A DNA stretch of 64,000 nt from Lingula anatina (taxonomy: Eukaryota > Animalia > Brachiopoda). Shown here piece by piece: positions 14,236 to 26,569 of this stretch. The translations under genes and the position numbers were made by a program. The stretch's first letter is position 1. Every line of letters begins with the position of its first letter. The DNA lies in NCBI GenBank assembly GCA_051362555.1, contig CM120645.1, forward strand, positions 7,254,001 to 7,318,000, written 5' to 3'. A model generated the notes under the pieces. The model was not told the DNA's origin and made no database searches. It saw only the letters and a program-made list of their open reading frames with translations.

Positions 14236-17200
14236 GGAAGTTGTTGAAGGTTAAAGATCAAAACTGGTTGTTACCATGATCATCTACGGCAACCCTTTCT
14301 CCCAGTTGTACAGGGTGAGGCGGTAACCCGTCATTCCCTATCATCCACGTTATCTTGGGGGGTGGCACGCAGGGAGGAACGGCACAGTCCAATATGAGAG
14401 AATCTCCAACGTCCACATTATTTGATATAGTGTCCCCAGAAGAGTCTTGCTCCTCAAAAGTGGTGGTTGGCTCCACAATATAAGCTATAATGATGATGAT
14501 ATGACAGTGAAAATGACGGTGCTGATGCTGATAAGATATCAGTTACGAATTAGAAACTGGTTTTATATCTAATGAAATTTTGGAAAATTGCTTATAAACT
14601 ATGTACAGATGATTTGATTGGACCAAGAAAGGAGAAAAATTGTTATTTAATACTTAACCATATACTTGTCTATACCCCTGTAGACAAAGTATGTCAGAAC
14701 ATCCACATTATAAGGATCATGATTATTATAATGATCAAATCTTAATTACAAACTATGCATTTAATCTACAAGACAGTTCTCTTATAAATCTTCACTATCT
14801 TCATCAACTGAGAGGTGCATGCAGGATTACAGGGAGAGGATATCCAGAGTGATATATTATACTCCAAGGATCACCATGTATAATAGCTCGTCTCAGGGAG
14901 CATTCACAGAGCCGAGAGCCAAGGTCTAATAAGACCGCGACCTAAATATGGTGGACCTACTTGAAAGGAAGACCGCTTAATCCATTAATGGTCTCTCTGC
15001 CTCTCATACGTTTTCCCGTGCGTCGTCCCTGCAGGGGCACACTATTAAATCTCGGCTTGGGATGCTCTTTTCGATGTGAATGCTCCCTTAGTGGTACAGC
15101 ACTAGTGCTGATGAATAAAACCTCCATTGCCTATTTAGTAATTTAATTGACACCTAAGGTGCTAAATTAGAAAGTAGCTGCAGCAGCAATTATTTGTAAC
15201 AAAATCACCTTGGACAAGCTTAATGTTATGGCTCCATGCAACTGGGCCCTCTCCATTGGAAATCCTGCACTGGTAGACCCCCTCTATGGTACCATCAGGG
15301 TGCTGAAACCTCAGGGTACCTCTCCCACTGACCATGGTCACATTGTCTTCTTCCTCTGGCTCAAACAGTTCTACACCTTTGCTCCAAGTGTATCTGAATC
15401 AGTTTAAAATCACCAAATGCAAGCCCATAGACATTTTGTTTGGAGGGGGAGAAGGGAGAGGAGGTCAAAAGAACCACCCTTCTGGTACTATAAGGCACAT
15501 AGGATTTCAAGGTAAAAAGGTCTGCTTGAAAGGCACTAGAATTAATCGCTCTACAGAAAAGCACATTGTAGGCATGGTTCAGTATGTATAGTTAATTATA
15601 CTTTCATTATAAATATATGCCTATAATTTTAATTATGGAAGCTACTATAGTAAATAAATAATAAATATTAAAACAAACAAACAAACAATTAATCAATAAA
15701 TAAATTAATTAATATAGAATATATTAATATATTAAACTTCTAGGAATTGTGGCAACTGAAACTTTCATATCATCATCATGATATTTCATTCACAACTTTA
15801 TAAGTAGGATCATTGTCCATAATGTGTAACAGTAACTAAAAAAAAATGATATTAAAGTACCAGCACTGGTTGAATCAAGTGGTGCTCAGTGACAGTGCAT
15901 CAGTCAAAACAAAGTATTCAGTTGTAAAACGAGACAAAAAAGTTATTTCTACTTTTTGCTGTTACATCAAAGGCAACCACTTCTCACTAATCTTGCCTGA
16001 GTGTCTATGGGGCCACATTTAGGCTGCGTTCACATGAAAAATTTATTTTCTAAAAATCTATTTGCGGTATCTTGTGATCACGGTCTGTGCCCTGAATACC
16101 CCACGGCATAATTACGGGCAGCATGAGCCAGTTACTTCCAAAGCTGTAATTTATTCTCGGCGCTGCCAGTAATCATGCCGCGGGGCATTCAGGGCACAGA
16201 CCGTGATCTCAAGATACCGCAAATAGATTTTTAGATTTTTAGAAAATAGATTTTTCATGTGAACGCAGCCTTAGAGTTACAATTCTCATTTAACCACACT
16301 GCCAGCCATAATACCTAGGTTGTGGTCTTCCCTCTGCATAACAAGGCACTTCCAGTGGCTGACCAGCCTCAAAGTACACCAGCTGCTCTGCCTGCTCTAT
16401 CAGGTCTGGTGGGGATGTATGGTTCACAGGTATTACTAATTTAAAATTAACATATAAATATGATAACACTCAGTTAGAACTGTGTAAACGTGTGGGGTGG
16501 TTGGGTATGGGTGGGGTTGGAGGGGATGCTCTATCAGTGTGGCGGGGATGTATGATTCACAGGTATTACTAAATTAACAAATAAGTTACTTAAGTAACAA
16601 AAAAAAAAAAAAAGATAAATCTCTGTTAATAATTTGTTATTCTATTATACATGTGTGGGGTGATGGGGCTGGGATGAGTATCACTGCTCTTCAAGGTCCC
16701 AAAGGGAGCATGGTTAGTATAGGTATTGCCAAATTATCAAATAAACATAATTTTAATCTTATCAAATTAATACAGTCAACATATTTTTCCAGAATACGTG
16801 GTCCTTTTAGTATGTCATTGAATGTGTGTGAAGGGGAAAGCGAGCATAATTTGTAACATAGCCATGTCACAAATGTGTTAAAATATGGGGCCTTAGGGCC
16901 CTTATGTTAATAATGGATAAGGAAGATGCATCTTTTTAAAACTTTTAAATTTCTCAAATACACAGAAAAAAGTAAACATGCTTCATTCATTCAGTGTAGA
17001 CATAATTATGATACAGTGTAAATGAGTTTCAACTTTTATGATTAATATACAACTTTATAGATAAGTTTACATCACACTGATAGCATGCTAATTACATCAA
17101 AAATCCAGATAATTGATTAAAACATATTCTAATCAATGAAGCACTTAAACTTCTTTGTATCATCCAAATCACAACAGTAAACTCTTTGATGTATTTTATT

Positions 17201-17337
17201 TTAATTAAATGCATGTCGTTATTTTAATAAAATAACTGTAGGCCTCTCAGACATCTCCCTTCTTAATATTTTTACTTACAAAATCCTGAAACTCCTTTGA
17301 TAAGAACAGCAACAAAGCACAGCTGCAACATATCCAT
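188..17337 (-). CDS. L1CAM/neuroglian/NrCAM-family cell adhesion molecule (signal peptide, 6 Ig, 6 FN3, TM, ankyrin-binding FIGQY tail), about 1439 aa, 28 coding exons
   Basis: GT-AG exons joined manually, in transcript order: 17280-17337 (MDMLQLCFVAVLIKGVSGF, signal peptide), 16315-16435, 15209-15393, 14275-14484, 13840-13974, 13198-13300, 12546-12733, 12255-12386, 11422-11565, 10884-11089, 10458-10548, 10040-10160, 9683-9855, 8952-9334, 8306-8540, 7885-8039, 7439-7602, 6849-6988, 6055-6177, 5301-5495, 4389-4502, 3907-4074, 2761-2868, 2110-2253, 1590-1718 (TM, WFIILMAILLLALLILFIVCLVRRNRGNKYY), 1205-1280 (SFQEY), 802-891, 188-416 (YREDGSFIGQY...KQV*). Total 4320 nt, in frame. The TM-RRNRGxKY segment and EDGSFIGQY are L1-family hallmarks. 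Confidence 0.93.
464..515 (-). CDS. Putative alternative (short) terminal exon of the L1-family gene, encoding (T)YREDGSFIGQYIKNFI*
   Basis: Second copy of the FIGQY exon start with its own acceptor (gtctgtag|G TAC AGG GAA GAT GGA TCA TTT ATT GGT CAG TAC ATA AAA AAT TTT ATT TAA). Same splice phase as exon 188-416; the only differences in the shared motif are synonymous. Confidence 0.6.
4580..4794. mobile_element. PIF/Harbinger-like MITE
   Basis: TTA-GACTGCATTCCCATAGATTTAGATCGATC ... GATCGATCTAAAATCTGTGGGAATGGGGTC-TTA: imperfect TIRs with a TTA duplication on both sides. Confidence 0.7.
6253..6486 (+). mobile_element. Non-autonomous Helentron-like element (HINE)
   Basis: Subterminal inverted repeats ACCTCTGCCAAGG (6256-6268) / CCTTGGCGGAGGT (6448-6460), a GTTT/GTCT microsatellite after the left subTIR, a 3' hairpin GCACTCTCAGAGTGC and a CTAGT end. 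Confidence 0.7.
8690..8866. repeat. Degenerate palindromic (fold-back) element
   Basis: Arms pair imperfectly (TTAAGC..TAGATGTC..CACACCT..GCTGCTAA / TTAGCAGC..AGGTGTG..GACATCTA..GCTTAA) around a central TAATTAATTA. Confidence 0.5.
11975..12142. mobile_element. MITE family A, CAGGGG termini, 5-bp TSD (hAT5-like)
   Basis: TTTTA-CAGGGGTGGAT ... ATCCACCCCTG-TTTTA. Second copy at 46862-47029. Confidence 0.8.
12780..12957. mobile_element. MITE family B, CAGGCCCGTAGCCAG termini, 5-bp TSD (hAT5-like)
   Basis: TAATC-CAGGCCCGTAGCCAG ... CTGGCTACGGGCCTG-TAATC. Inverted copy at 33274-33438. Confidence 0.85.
13346..13650 (-). mobile_element. Kolobok-like MITE (degenerate copy)
   Basis: Ends TGTTATCCCT-TTAA. 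Internal sequence is the reverse complement of the copies at 24482-24795 and 27656-27981. Confidence 0.6.
14189..14235. repeat. (GT)n(GA)n compound microsatellite
   Basis: Seen directly. A similar compound repeat lies at 37878-37921. Confidence 0.9.
14896..15087. mobile_element. PIF/Harbinger-like MITE
   Basis: TCA-GGGAGCATTCACA ... TGTGAATGCTCCC-TTA: 13-bp TIRs resembling those at 16022-16270, with TNA flanks. Confidence 0.65.
16022..16270. mobile_element. PIF/Harbinger-like fold-back MITE
   Basis: TTA-GGCTGCGTTCACATGAAAAAT ... ATTTTTCATGTGAACGCAGCC-TTA: near-perfect arms of about 100 bp with a TTA TSD. Confidence 0.85.
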
Positions 17338-17952
17338 CTGCAAAATGTTTCAATCTGTTCAAGCCTCTTATTAAGTCTTTATAAACCCCTTTATACATCT
17401 AACATTTAATTTTCCTGGAAATGTTAACACTTTCCCTTTATCACTAAGGTAAACTGTATTTTGTTTTTAATTTCCGAGCTACTCTTGTATTCATGGAGAT
17501 AGCAACTGCTGAATTTCATTCATAATCATTACGGTTAAAATGAAAAATTAAGACGCTTAAGACGGATCTATAGATCATCACTTTCTACTGGTAAACAGTT
17601 TTTGATAAGACTTGGAATAAAAAAAAACTTTCTGAAAATTCTAGTATTCTTTTTTATATAATATATCATACATAGAAGTCTAATGTACATTGAAAAATTG
17701 AAAAATACATAAATCAGCTAAATGATCCATAATAGATTTGGGCATCATTATTTTAAACATGCGAAAACAGACTATAACGAAATGGGCAATTGCTATTTCT
17801 TATTTGTCATTGTAAAATGACATTAAGTTGGCTATTTATAATCAGATTTACTTTTACATAAATTAATTAATTTTATTTTACTGCTGGTATCTTATTTAAG
17901 ACTAAAAACTTTTTAAAAAATTAAAAAAATATTTCTATAAATCACCTCTCAC

Positions 17953-18200
17953 CTGTACTTGTGAAGTTGAACTTTCTTTCTCTTTGGTTCTTTATCCGAC
18001 TGCAAATTAAACTATAAAATGTGTCTAAGTGCACACTTAAACCAACTTGTGCATCTTTTGCAGTTTTTTTCTGAATTTCTGAATCATGTCCCATGTCTTA
18101 TCTGTGGTTAACGGCCAGAACAGCGGGTGTAAGAAAACCCTAACCACAAGAACCTCTGGGTCTTCTAGATCACATGTCCTCACTTCATAACCTTATTTTG
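17953..18200 (-). other. Probable 5'UTR exon of the L1-family gene (upstream boundary approximate)
   Basis: The ATG at 17337 directly follows an acceptor (ttttgcag|ATG). A matching donor (CAG|gtgag on the minus strand) lies at 17953/17952. Confidence 0.35.
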
Positions 18201-21200
18201 GACTTTCTCACACATAAAGAGCTTTTTTTAAATATTTAAAACTACACCTAAGCTAGTCGAACAATTCTTTCACTTTATTTAAAAAAATAAGTCTAGTTTT
18301 TACGTGTATCTATTAAAATCAAGTTATATAATCAGTGTATATTTAAATCCATTCTGTTGTAGTATTTTAAAAACGTCAATTAAGGAATGGAAAATTATAT
18401 CCCATATACTGGACTCTTAACCTATTTGTTTATGGACCAATTGCCACCATTGGCATGTGACAAACAGCATGAAAATACAGAACATAGGTCTAATGAATCA
18501 TATGGCAGTGTTTAATAGGACGGAGGATTGGGTTCGTACTGGGGTCAAAGTGGCAAGAAGACAGAGAAACCATCCCTTAACCCACATGGTGGACTAGTTA
18601 TGACTTTCCAATTACATCAGATGTGGGGCAGGGTGCTTGTGGACATTCCGCACTGCCTGTCACATGACTACGGTGACAATTAGTAGTTTCCTGGAGAAAT
18701 CTTTGGCATAGGAAAAATGTTGGAGCTCATGTCACTTGCACATAGAGTGTCCAGCATGCCATTTCATTTTCCAAGGTGTTGGTGTTATTTTAAGATAAAA
18801 AAGAGGTGTAAATTTCCAAAGCATTAAGGCATTAAGAAACAGTTCATTTTAAGAAAAGGAAGAGTTCTTTGCGTGTGTGTGTGTGTGTGCGTGTGCGTGT
18901 GCATGCGTGTCAGAAGAGGGTACGTAGGGCATTCGAGGGAATAGCCAGGGCAATTGTCAATGTTGACATATTGTGTGAGAATTTGAATCTCTTTTTCCAG
19001 TGCTCCCTAAGAATTTTTTTTTTTTTTTTTTGTAAAATAACACGAATATCTGGATTAAACAAAAGCCCAGGACTATGTGTATTATCTCTTCATGTATGGT
19101 GAGATAGGGCAGCATCAAATTGCTGTCTTACATAAATGCTCTAATTCAATCAATCATCAGTTGGATGACACAGATCCAAATGGAAGACAAAACTGAAAAC
19201 AAATCAGGAGAAATCTTATTCAAATATATCATTAAAGCAAACTTTAATGCATGTACAAGTACCTTTGAGTGCACTGAAACAGCGATGTTGTCTTTGAAAT
19301 CATATGCCTCATTGATTATATTTGCCAATATATCCAACAATTGTAATTCATTTTAAATTAATTTTTGTCAGTTCCTGGATTTTTCAGTAGGCTAATCTTC
19401 CGTTACACACAAATGTAAGACAAGTTACACAAATTATGCAACTTGCTGATAACCAGCCCGAGCCACAAAACTGTGGCTTGTGGCTTTTCCTGTTTTTGTC
19501 AACACAAGCTGAGGATCATGCAGGCACACTGAATATTTACTAAGTAGTAAACAATAAAACAGAGCTGTTATTGATTTGGAGACTAAACAAGAAGAGTTGT
19601 ACACTACGTTGTGATCGGATTAGATGGCAAGCTCTTCAGTGGGTTGCCATACTCGACTTGCGGACTAGTACGTTAGTCCACTGTTCTGAATGCGGCCTAA
19701 GGCACACAGTACATTCAAAACCTGGGTACATGTACATCCAGTCATTTGTCTTACCAATGTGCCCTTCACCTGAAGTATTCTTTCTGTATCCATATATAAT
19801 TTCAAGTTATCCATATAAGAAACAACATATCTGAGAAATTATTTTTTAAAATCATTTATTGCATTCACTTGGCCACAGATCAGATCAACAAATACAAATT
19901 TGACCGAAAAGTCTTGCATTGATTGGGAAAAAAGGTAAAACAATAGCTAACACAAAGACAAAATCAAACAAATGGATAATTATTTATTTAAACACATTTA
20001 TATTGATAGACATTTTAAAACAACTAAGATCACATATCAAATAATGCTGTATGTTTATAAGAATTTATAATATTTTATAACAACAGAACTCTTGAATACT
20101 GTCATGTTTGCATATATATTCTAAAACACTTCATATATACCAAAATTCAGGAAATCATTAGAAATCCTGCCACTTATTAAAAATTACCAATAAAAACATC
20201 TTTTCGTTGGTCTACAAAAAACATAAGGTCAGCCATATCTGATATTGATTCTAAAGAACCTGCATGGACATACTGTATGAGCCGTCATGGCAGAGAGCAA
20301 ACAGCCTCTGTAACTAGAACTGAAATATTTCTCTCAGCATACCCAGTACACGTAAATAATATATAAGGCCCTGCTACTTGACAATGTGTTAAGTACACCC
20401 AAGAATGCCAAGATTGTCTGGATTCAGCTGAAGATGGCAATTAAATAGCAGTTCATGCACTGTAGCAGAGAATGTAAGGGAACGAAAAAAAAACTGTTTT
20501 TATTGGTAATTTCAACCTTTCAAATATCATACACGTAAGGTTTTATTTGATCAGATATGTAAGGGCATTGTTTTGCAGAAAGGATCCTTTCTGTGATAAT
20601 TGAAAGAGCTAGCGTTTGCTGTGGTATAAAATAATCCCACAATTTCAATCACGATTTCCTTATAGGTTTTCATGTTATTCCCCAAAAACCAGATTTTTGT
20701 CATCCAGCCAAGTCTAGCTATTGCTCATGAACACGCAATGACATTTCATGTCAGTCTACACCTAACTGACAAATGTAATTTATTAAATTGTTCTTCTCGT
20801 AGATGTATATGAAAATTCAAAATTATAAGTGACATTGGACTGGTAGGCTTTCCAAAAAAAAAAATCTATTGTAGTTGTGCACCTTGCCTGAAGACCATAT
20901 TTTGAAACTGTGCAGAGTTTTAGCACATGTGCACCACACTTGACTGTCAAATACAAAGCATTCATCTGCTGCATATAGTGCACATTATCTACAGCACAAT
21001 GTCATATTACAGTAGCAGAAAAAAGTGAGGTGTAACTTACATGCTATATCACCCTGACGCTAAGAGCCTTTCTTATTATGACAGCTTTAAATACTAATTA
21101 AGTAGACTCGAGGTCTTATCACATGTCAAGCATTATGAAATTCAATAATCCTGCAGAGTAAAATGCTTTTTTCAAAAAAACATGATGATAACAATTTATG

Positions 21201-22798
21201 CATACAATTAAATATATTAAATATATGCATACAATTAAAAATCAGTTAATATTCATCCAATGAAATGTTTTTATTTTAAAGAAACCACTAAGGGATATGT
21301 ACCTTGAGGAAATATAACTCTAAATATATGTAAAATAAATTGAGAAAAAAATACAAAAAAATGTGAAAACGTATACAGGTAACTTTTTGGAATGAGATTT
21401 TCATTGTATTGAATAAAAAAAGAAATATCACCATGAGAAATAATTAAGTCTACTGAAGTTTTCCTTAAAAGACTCCATTAATGGTAAACTTACAACTACT
21501 TGTTAAGTTTAACAATTTACGATCATTCTTACTACTAAGTATGTTATGCCTATTCCTTATATTGCCATTGAATCTGATTACAAAGGGGGTCTATCTGTTT
21601 TTCAGTGTATAAAAAATTACAAGTAGTAAATCAACACTGATATTATTACACAGTAATATATAGGGTATGACACTGTAATTTAAGATTTATCAGCTTTCAA
21701 AAAGCTTCAAATTTTATAATATAGACATATACACACACACACAACACACATAAAAGAAAACACACACACAAACACATGCATAAAACCAAGTTAAAGAATG
21801 AAATGGGATTGATTAAAAAAATGTTTCATGTTTTGAAAAAGAGGTCACAATTTTTTACCTTTTTAGGGTAAACTGAGGTCAAGTTTTCACTTATGTCACC
21901 ACTCATGTTGAGTTGTCTGTGTGACATTATGAACATCAGTTTTGCTTATTCAGAAGAATGCCTTGTGACTTAAGATCGCTATGACCTTCATTTCGTTACA
22001 AAAGACCCAGTATGAGAGTCACATTCAATTCCACCTTCATCTTAGTTTAAAACAACTGGTTGAATCAAAACATTCATTTAGGCACACTGTTATAACTCAA
22101 CATTTTGATTTGGCACAATTTCAGTAGCTACTTGCTAAACCAAATATTATGAATGAATGTTAATGGATGACATATTTTTATTATGCAAAATTACCAAATT
22201 CTTTTTCTTTAAGTCAAAGATGGCACATAAAAAACATGATTAAAATTCTGACTGTGTGTAACAGTACTGAAAACCAATCAACTACTGACTGCACATTCCA
22301 CACCATACAACATTGCTGGACCCGATATTTTAACAGATTTTTTTCTAACATATCACTACAATTTTAGGATGTCTCAAACAGTTCCAATTAAGTCCTTCCA
22401 CCAAATACCTTAAAAATTATGAATTCCATATTTCTGGCTTGTTTTTTCTGCACAACTGATACATAATATACGAAAAAATAAACTGACAAAAAACTATATA
22501 AACAGACAGGCTGAAATACAGAGAAAATATTATGTCTAATTATAATTACTACTACAGCAATTCCAGTGATCTTTAAAATTGTGGACTACACTCATTGATG
22601 AATATGGCATCCCTGTATATTGAAAGAAAACAGACAAACACTAAATAGACATAAACCTGTTGTAAACTTTATGGAAAGATAATTAATAAATATGTGTACA
22701 ACATTAAATCAACAAGTTTAAAATGTAAATAGATAATTTAAAGTGATAAAATTTCACTGGGCCCAACAAGAAGAACATTGTAATACTGGTTCCAATGT

Positions 22799-23380
22799 CT
22801 AGCCAGAGGATTTTACACTGGATTTAATATGAGATTTCAATCTTTTTTGTGGCTTATCCTCAGGCTCAATTTCCCCAGACATTTCTTCTGCAGAGGCCAC
22901 ATCGCCAGCAGGGAAACACGTGCATGAAATGCGTAAATTAATAAGAAACTCTGCGACCACATCCTGCCAGTAAGCCAGCAGCAACCAGCCTGGAGCGTAT
23001 TCCAAGGTGATCAGACCCATGAAATCGTAATCATAATGTGTGTAATCCCACGGGCATGCGTCGAACTGGCGTAAAATGAAACCGGTGGTGAACTCCCACG
23101 AGTACGTTATGGCAATGTATATGGGGATGCGCACGTACCTTGGCACTCCATGCTTGTAGTAGAGCCACTTGTACAGATGTTCCACCAGGAAGCTGCACAG
23201 GCCGTAGATGAAAAAGGAGTAGATGGACGAGTGACCCTTCAGTGACCAGTCCTTGGTGTGGTAAAAGTCAAAGAGGGAGGTGAAGACGATTTCATCCAGG
23301 AAACCATGCATCCCATAGAAGCAGAATCTCAGCCATCCTGGTAGAGGCTTGCACTCCCCCCTAGCTCTAGCCACTGTCAT
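22799..23380 (-). CDS. TMEM229B: Transmembrane protein 229B-like (193 aa, single coding exon)
   Basis: Motifs RFCFYGMHGFLDEIVFTSLFDF, LKGHSSIYSFFIYG and WEFTTGFILRQFDACPWDYTHYDYDFMGLITLEYAPGW match TMEM229. 5'UTR acceptor at about 23466; probable upstream non-coding exon with donor at 26343/26342. Confidence 0.9.
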   Translation of the reverse strand: MTVARARGECKPLPGWLRFCFYGMHGFLDEIVFTSLFDFYHTKDWSLKGHSSIYSFFIYGLCSFLVEHLYKWLYYKHGVPRYVRIPIYIAITYSWEFTTGFILRQFDACPWDYTHYDYDFMGLITLEYAPGWLLLAYWQDVVAEFLINLRISCTCFPAGDVASAEEMSGEIEPEDKPQKRLKSHIKSSVKSSG

Positions 23381-24481
23381 GCTGACGTCTTGTTCTTTGT
23401 GTATGCTTCTGTCACTTTATGTATTACTTACAAGATAAGTGGAGCTTCAGATAATTTCTGCAGGTGCTGAAAAAGAATAAGGAATGCTGATCATTTCCAG
23501 TATATATTGATAGATAATCAAAGTGCAATATATGTTAGTCATGCATGGTTATGGTACACAGTTAAATGCATAAACCAGCAAATATAATTTCATCAAGACA
23601 AAAAAGTCACTCAAATATTGGTCCTATTTTATCTGGTTTGTTTGAAAAAACATTACAGTAACTGTTACTTAACACACAAAACAATGAAGTTTTGAAATCA
23701 GGCTGGCTCCATTTCCAAACTTTCTATGAAATACTGGAAAACAATATTCCTCCATCATATTCAATTCAAGAATATCATCCACCTTGGCTGACTGGTTTTC
23801 TTAAAGCATCTAATAGGAAGAGCTATTTCACAACAATAAATGAAAATTAACCTTTAGAAAAACCTGGCAAGTCAGTCTGGGACTCCCAACATTCTCTAAA
23901 TCTTACCAATGCAAATGAATGAGGTTTGAAAGTGGCTAATTGATCTTCTCTGTACACAGGTATGTTATCTGTTACATGCATAAATATTTATAATAGAATC
24001 AGCATGATGTGGCAGACATCATAAATGAATAACACCAGTCTCATTGTGCTGTGCCATCTGCCACTTTTCTCAATAATCAATTCACCTGGGTAACAGAGAC
24101 CAAACAGGCACAAACCCAATTAAATCTCGCATTATTAATCATATCCACACAAATCAAACCAGCTTATAAAAATACCACCCACAGTGAAATATTATAATTG
24201 CTTTTGAAAAAAAAAAATGAAATCTTTTACTTTTCCTGCTCACTGTCTATCGAGGTTAACAATTTGATATGTGAAAGACCATATAGTTTGCCATGTGGAT
24301 TGAAAAAAACTTCAAAGGTGTTTGCCTTGATCACAGTTCCAAAAAATCTAGAAATTTAAGAAAAATTGCACCATGCTGGAAGCTAGTACCAGAAAGGTGG
24401 TTAACCATCTGTCTACATGCAACAGAAGGCAGCATCATACATGCACTATTCCTTGGAATCATTCATAATCTACTGGCTAAA

Positions 24482-24795
24482 AGGGATGACAACTATTTGT
24501 ATGAGATTCATATTTCACAATAAATTTATGCATTTAAACAACTCAAAGAAATATAATAAGTTCAATTTTATCACCAAAACAGTGGTAATTGCAGTTATTT
24601 TGGAATCTGTGCTTGCCATCAGACCAGAAAGGCCTTCATAGATGGCCATATATCTATAATAATCTCTTAAGAGACTATTACAAAAATACATTGATTAACT
24701 GAATGTTGGAATGGATTCATTAGCCATTGTAAGCATGGGAAAATCAACATTTACCCCAGGAAAATCCTTGACCGCAATGAACAGTTGTTATCCCT
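24482..24795 (+). mobile_element. Kolobok-like MITE
   Basis: AGGGATGACAACT ... AGTTGTTATCCCT-TTAA. Homologous to 27656-27981. Confidence 0.65.
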
Positions 24796-26342
24796 TTAAT
24801 TTGAGCTTGCCTACTGCAGTAAACTAGAATTGATTATCTATATTTGTTTGCACAATATTACTTAGTTATATTTAGGGTATTTCTCACAGAATTGGAAATC
24901 CATTCAATTTTCATGACCCTCAAACAATAGAGTAAATTGGCATGCCTTCATACTAGAGCTGGCCTCCAGACAACAAGGCAAAGCCACTGGCAAGTACTAC
25001 TAGTATTACACTACATGAATGCCAGAAATGCCAAATGAAACAAATATACTGAGGTTTAGGCCAACAATAATGAAAACTGCCCAGACAGACACCACTTTGA
25101 ATTTTATTAAATTACCATATCCATCTACTTTGATGCACATATAAGCCAAAATCTTTAAAATCATGTCAAACTTTTCCAAAAAAGAAAAAATAAAAAAAAC
25201 AATCTCATAAAATTTTCCTGAATATCTACAGGAAGGTGTGATGTATGATTTATTTAATCATAATCAATTCTTATACACTAGGGAATTGAAGTTTATTACA
25301 TTCATACTCCATTCAATCTGAAATTACAGGAAGAGCAGACACATCCAGAAGTGTAACACAGTAGTCTTATTAATCAGATACTAGGCAATTTTATAAACTA
25401 GCATCCTGTGTACATCATAATGCCACTTGCCTTGATAAGCAATAATACAGTAGGTAGGCAGGATTATCTGAAGCAATGATTTATCTATTTACCAATCCAC
25501 AAATATATCAAGAGCTAGTCTTAGACATTTTTATATGTTTGTTTTTCTTCAGATACTGTTTAATGGATGGTGTGACAATGAATATATCATAATCGTTGAT
25601 TGCATTATAAGTCTACTACAATGAGCACTCAATTATGATAATGGGAAAGCTGCACTGAAAAGATTTTGAGGAAGTTTTATGAGTTAATCAGACACGTGCA
25701 ACAAACAATACTAGTAGTAGTGTTCATATAGTAACATTTCACTTTTATCTTCAAAAATTTGTTCTAATTTTTTCATATGAGATAATCCCCCTTAGTATTT
25801 CTTTAAGCTATGCATGCTTGGTCATGGTCATTGACAAAGATTTGACTAGAATTCATATCGTATGTTACTTTAAACTGAGATAAACTCTTGTTCTCAATCT
25901 CACTTCACATACAGATGACAATCCATAATAAATGGGGAGCTTCACGGATCACACTAAATAATATGAATGTTTCATGCAACTTGGGAAAATAAAAAGTGGC
26001 TTTTCACGTGTAACAAAAATATACCATAACAGACCTGCCTGATCTAGTATCCAGACGAGACGTTAAGAGGAAGGTAAGTATTTTCTCTCTATCATACGGA
26101 ATTTTCATATCCAACATTGGTAATATATACATAAATATTGTAAACATAAATTTAAATCTGAAATAAAAAATGGGTTCTCTCAACTTCTCTGGCATTTCTT
26201 CCTAAGACGCAATCTTGCAGAAAACAAAAAAAAAGTGTACTGTGTCTGCAGCTGTGTAGATACTTCAGATGAATAATAAAATAGTTTCTTGGCTCCTTTC
26301 ACGAACTTTTAGTGAAATTATGCACAGGCTACAGTAACTTAC

Positions 26343-26569
26343 CAGAATATTACACAAAATGCACCGCGATGAAGCGAAAATGAAACAGCACGAAAATGTC
26401 TCAGCTCTCTCTCACTTGTTTTGACTGGAAGTATGGAAATCGATCAATTCGCGCATGCGCCTTGAGGCTTAACAATATGTCTGCGCCCATGAAAACTTGG
26501 CGGTAGAGGAGAGCATTCAAAAAATACTTCGTGCTTTTACCTATTAGTACGTAAACACAACCATTTAAG
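26343..26569. promoter_or_regulatory. Bidirectional promoter between TMEM229B-like (-) and RPAP3 (+)
   Basis: Minus-strand donor (gtaagt) at 26337-26342 and RPAP3 ATG at 26570. Between them lie local CpG enrichment, an NRF1-type palindrome GCGCATGCGC (26451-26460) and an ETS-type GGAAGT (26427-26432). Confidence 0.6.

Noticed and set aside
14896-15087. Possible structured intronic ncRNA
   Set aside because: The pairing is terminal, with Harbinger-type TIRs and TNA flanks like the neighbouring MITE at 16022-16270.
18300-22700. Possible additional gene between the L1-family gene and TMEM229B-like
   Set aside because: Only short non-conserved ORFs and no coherent exon chain. It is probably a long TMEM229B 3'UTR plus intergenic DNA.
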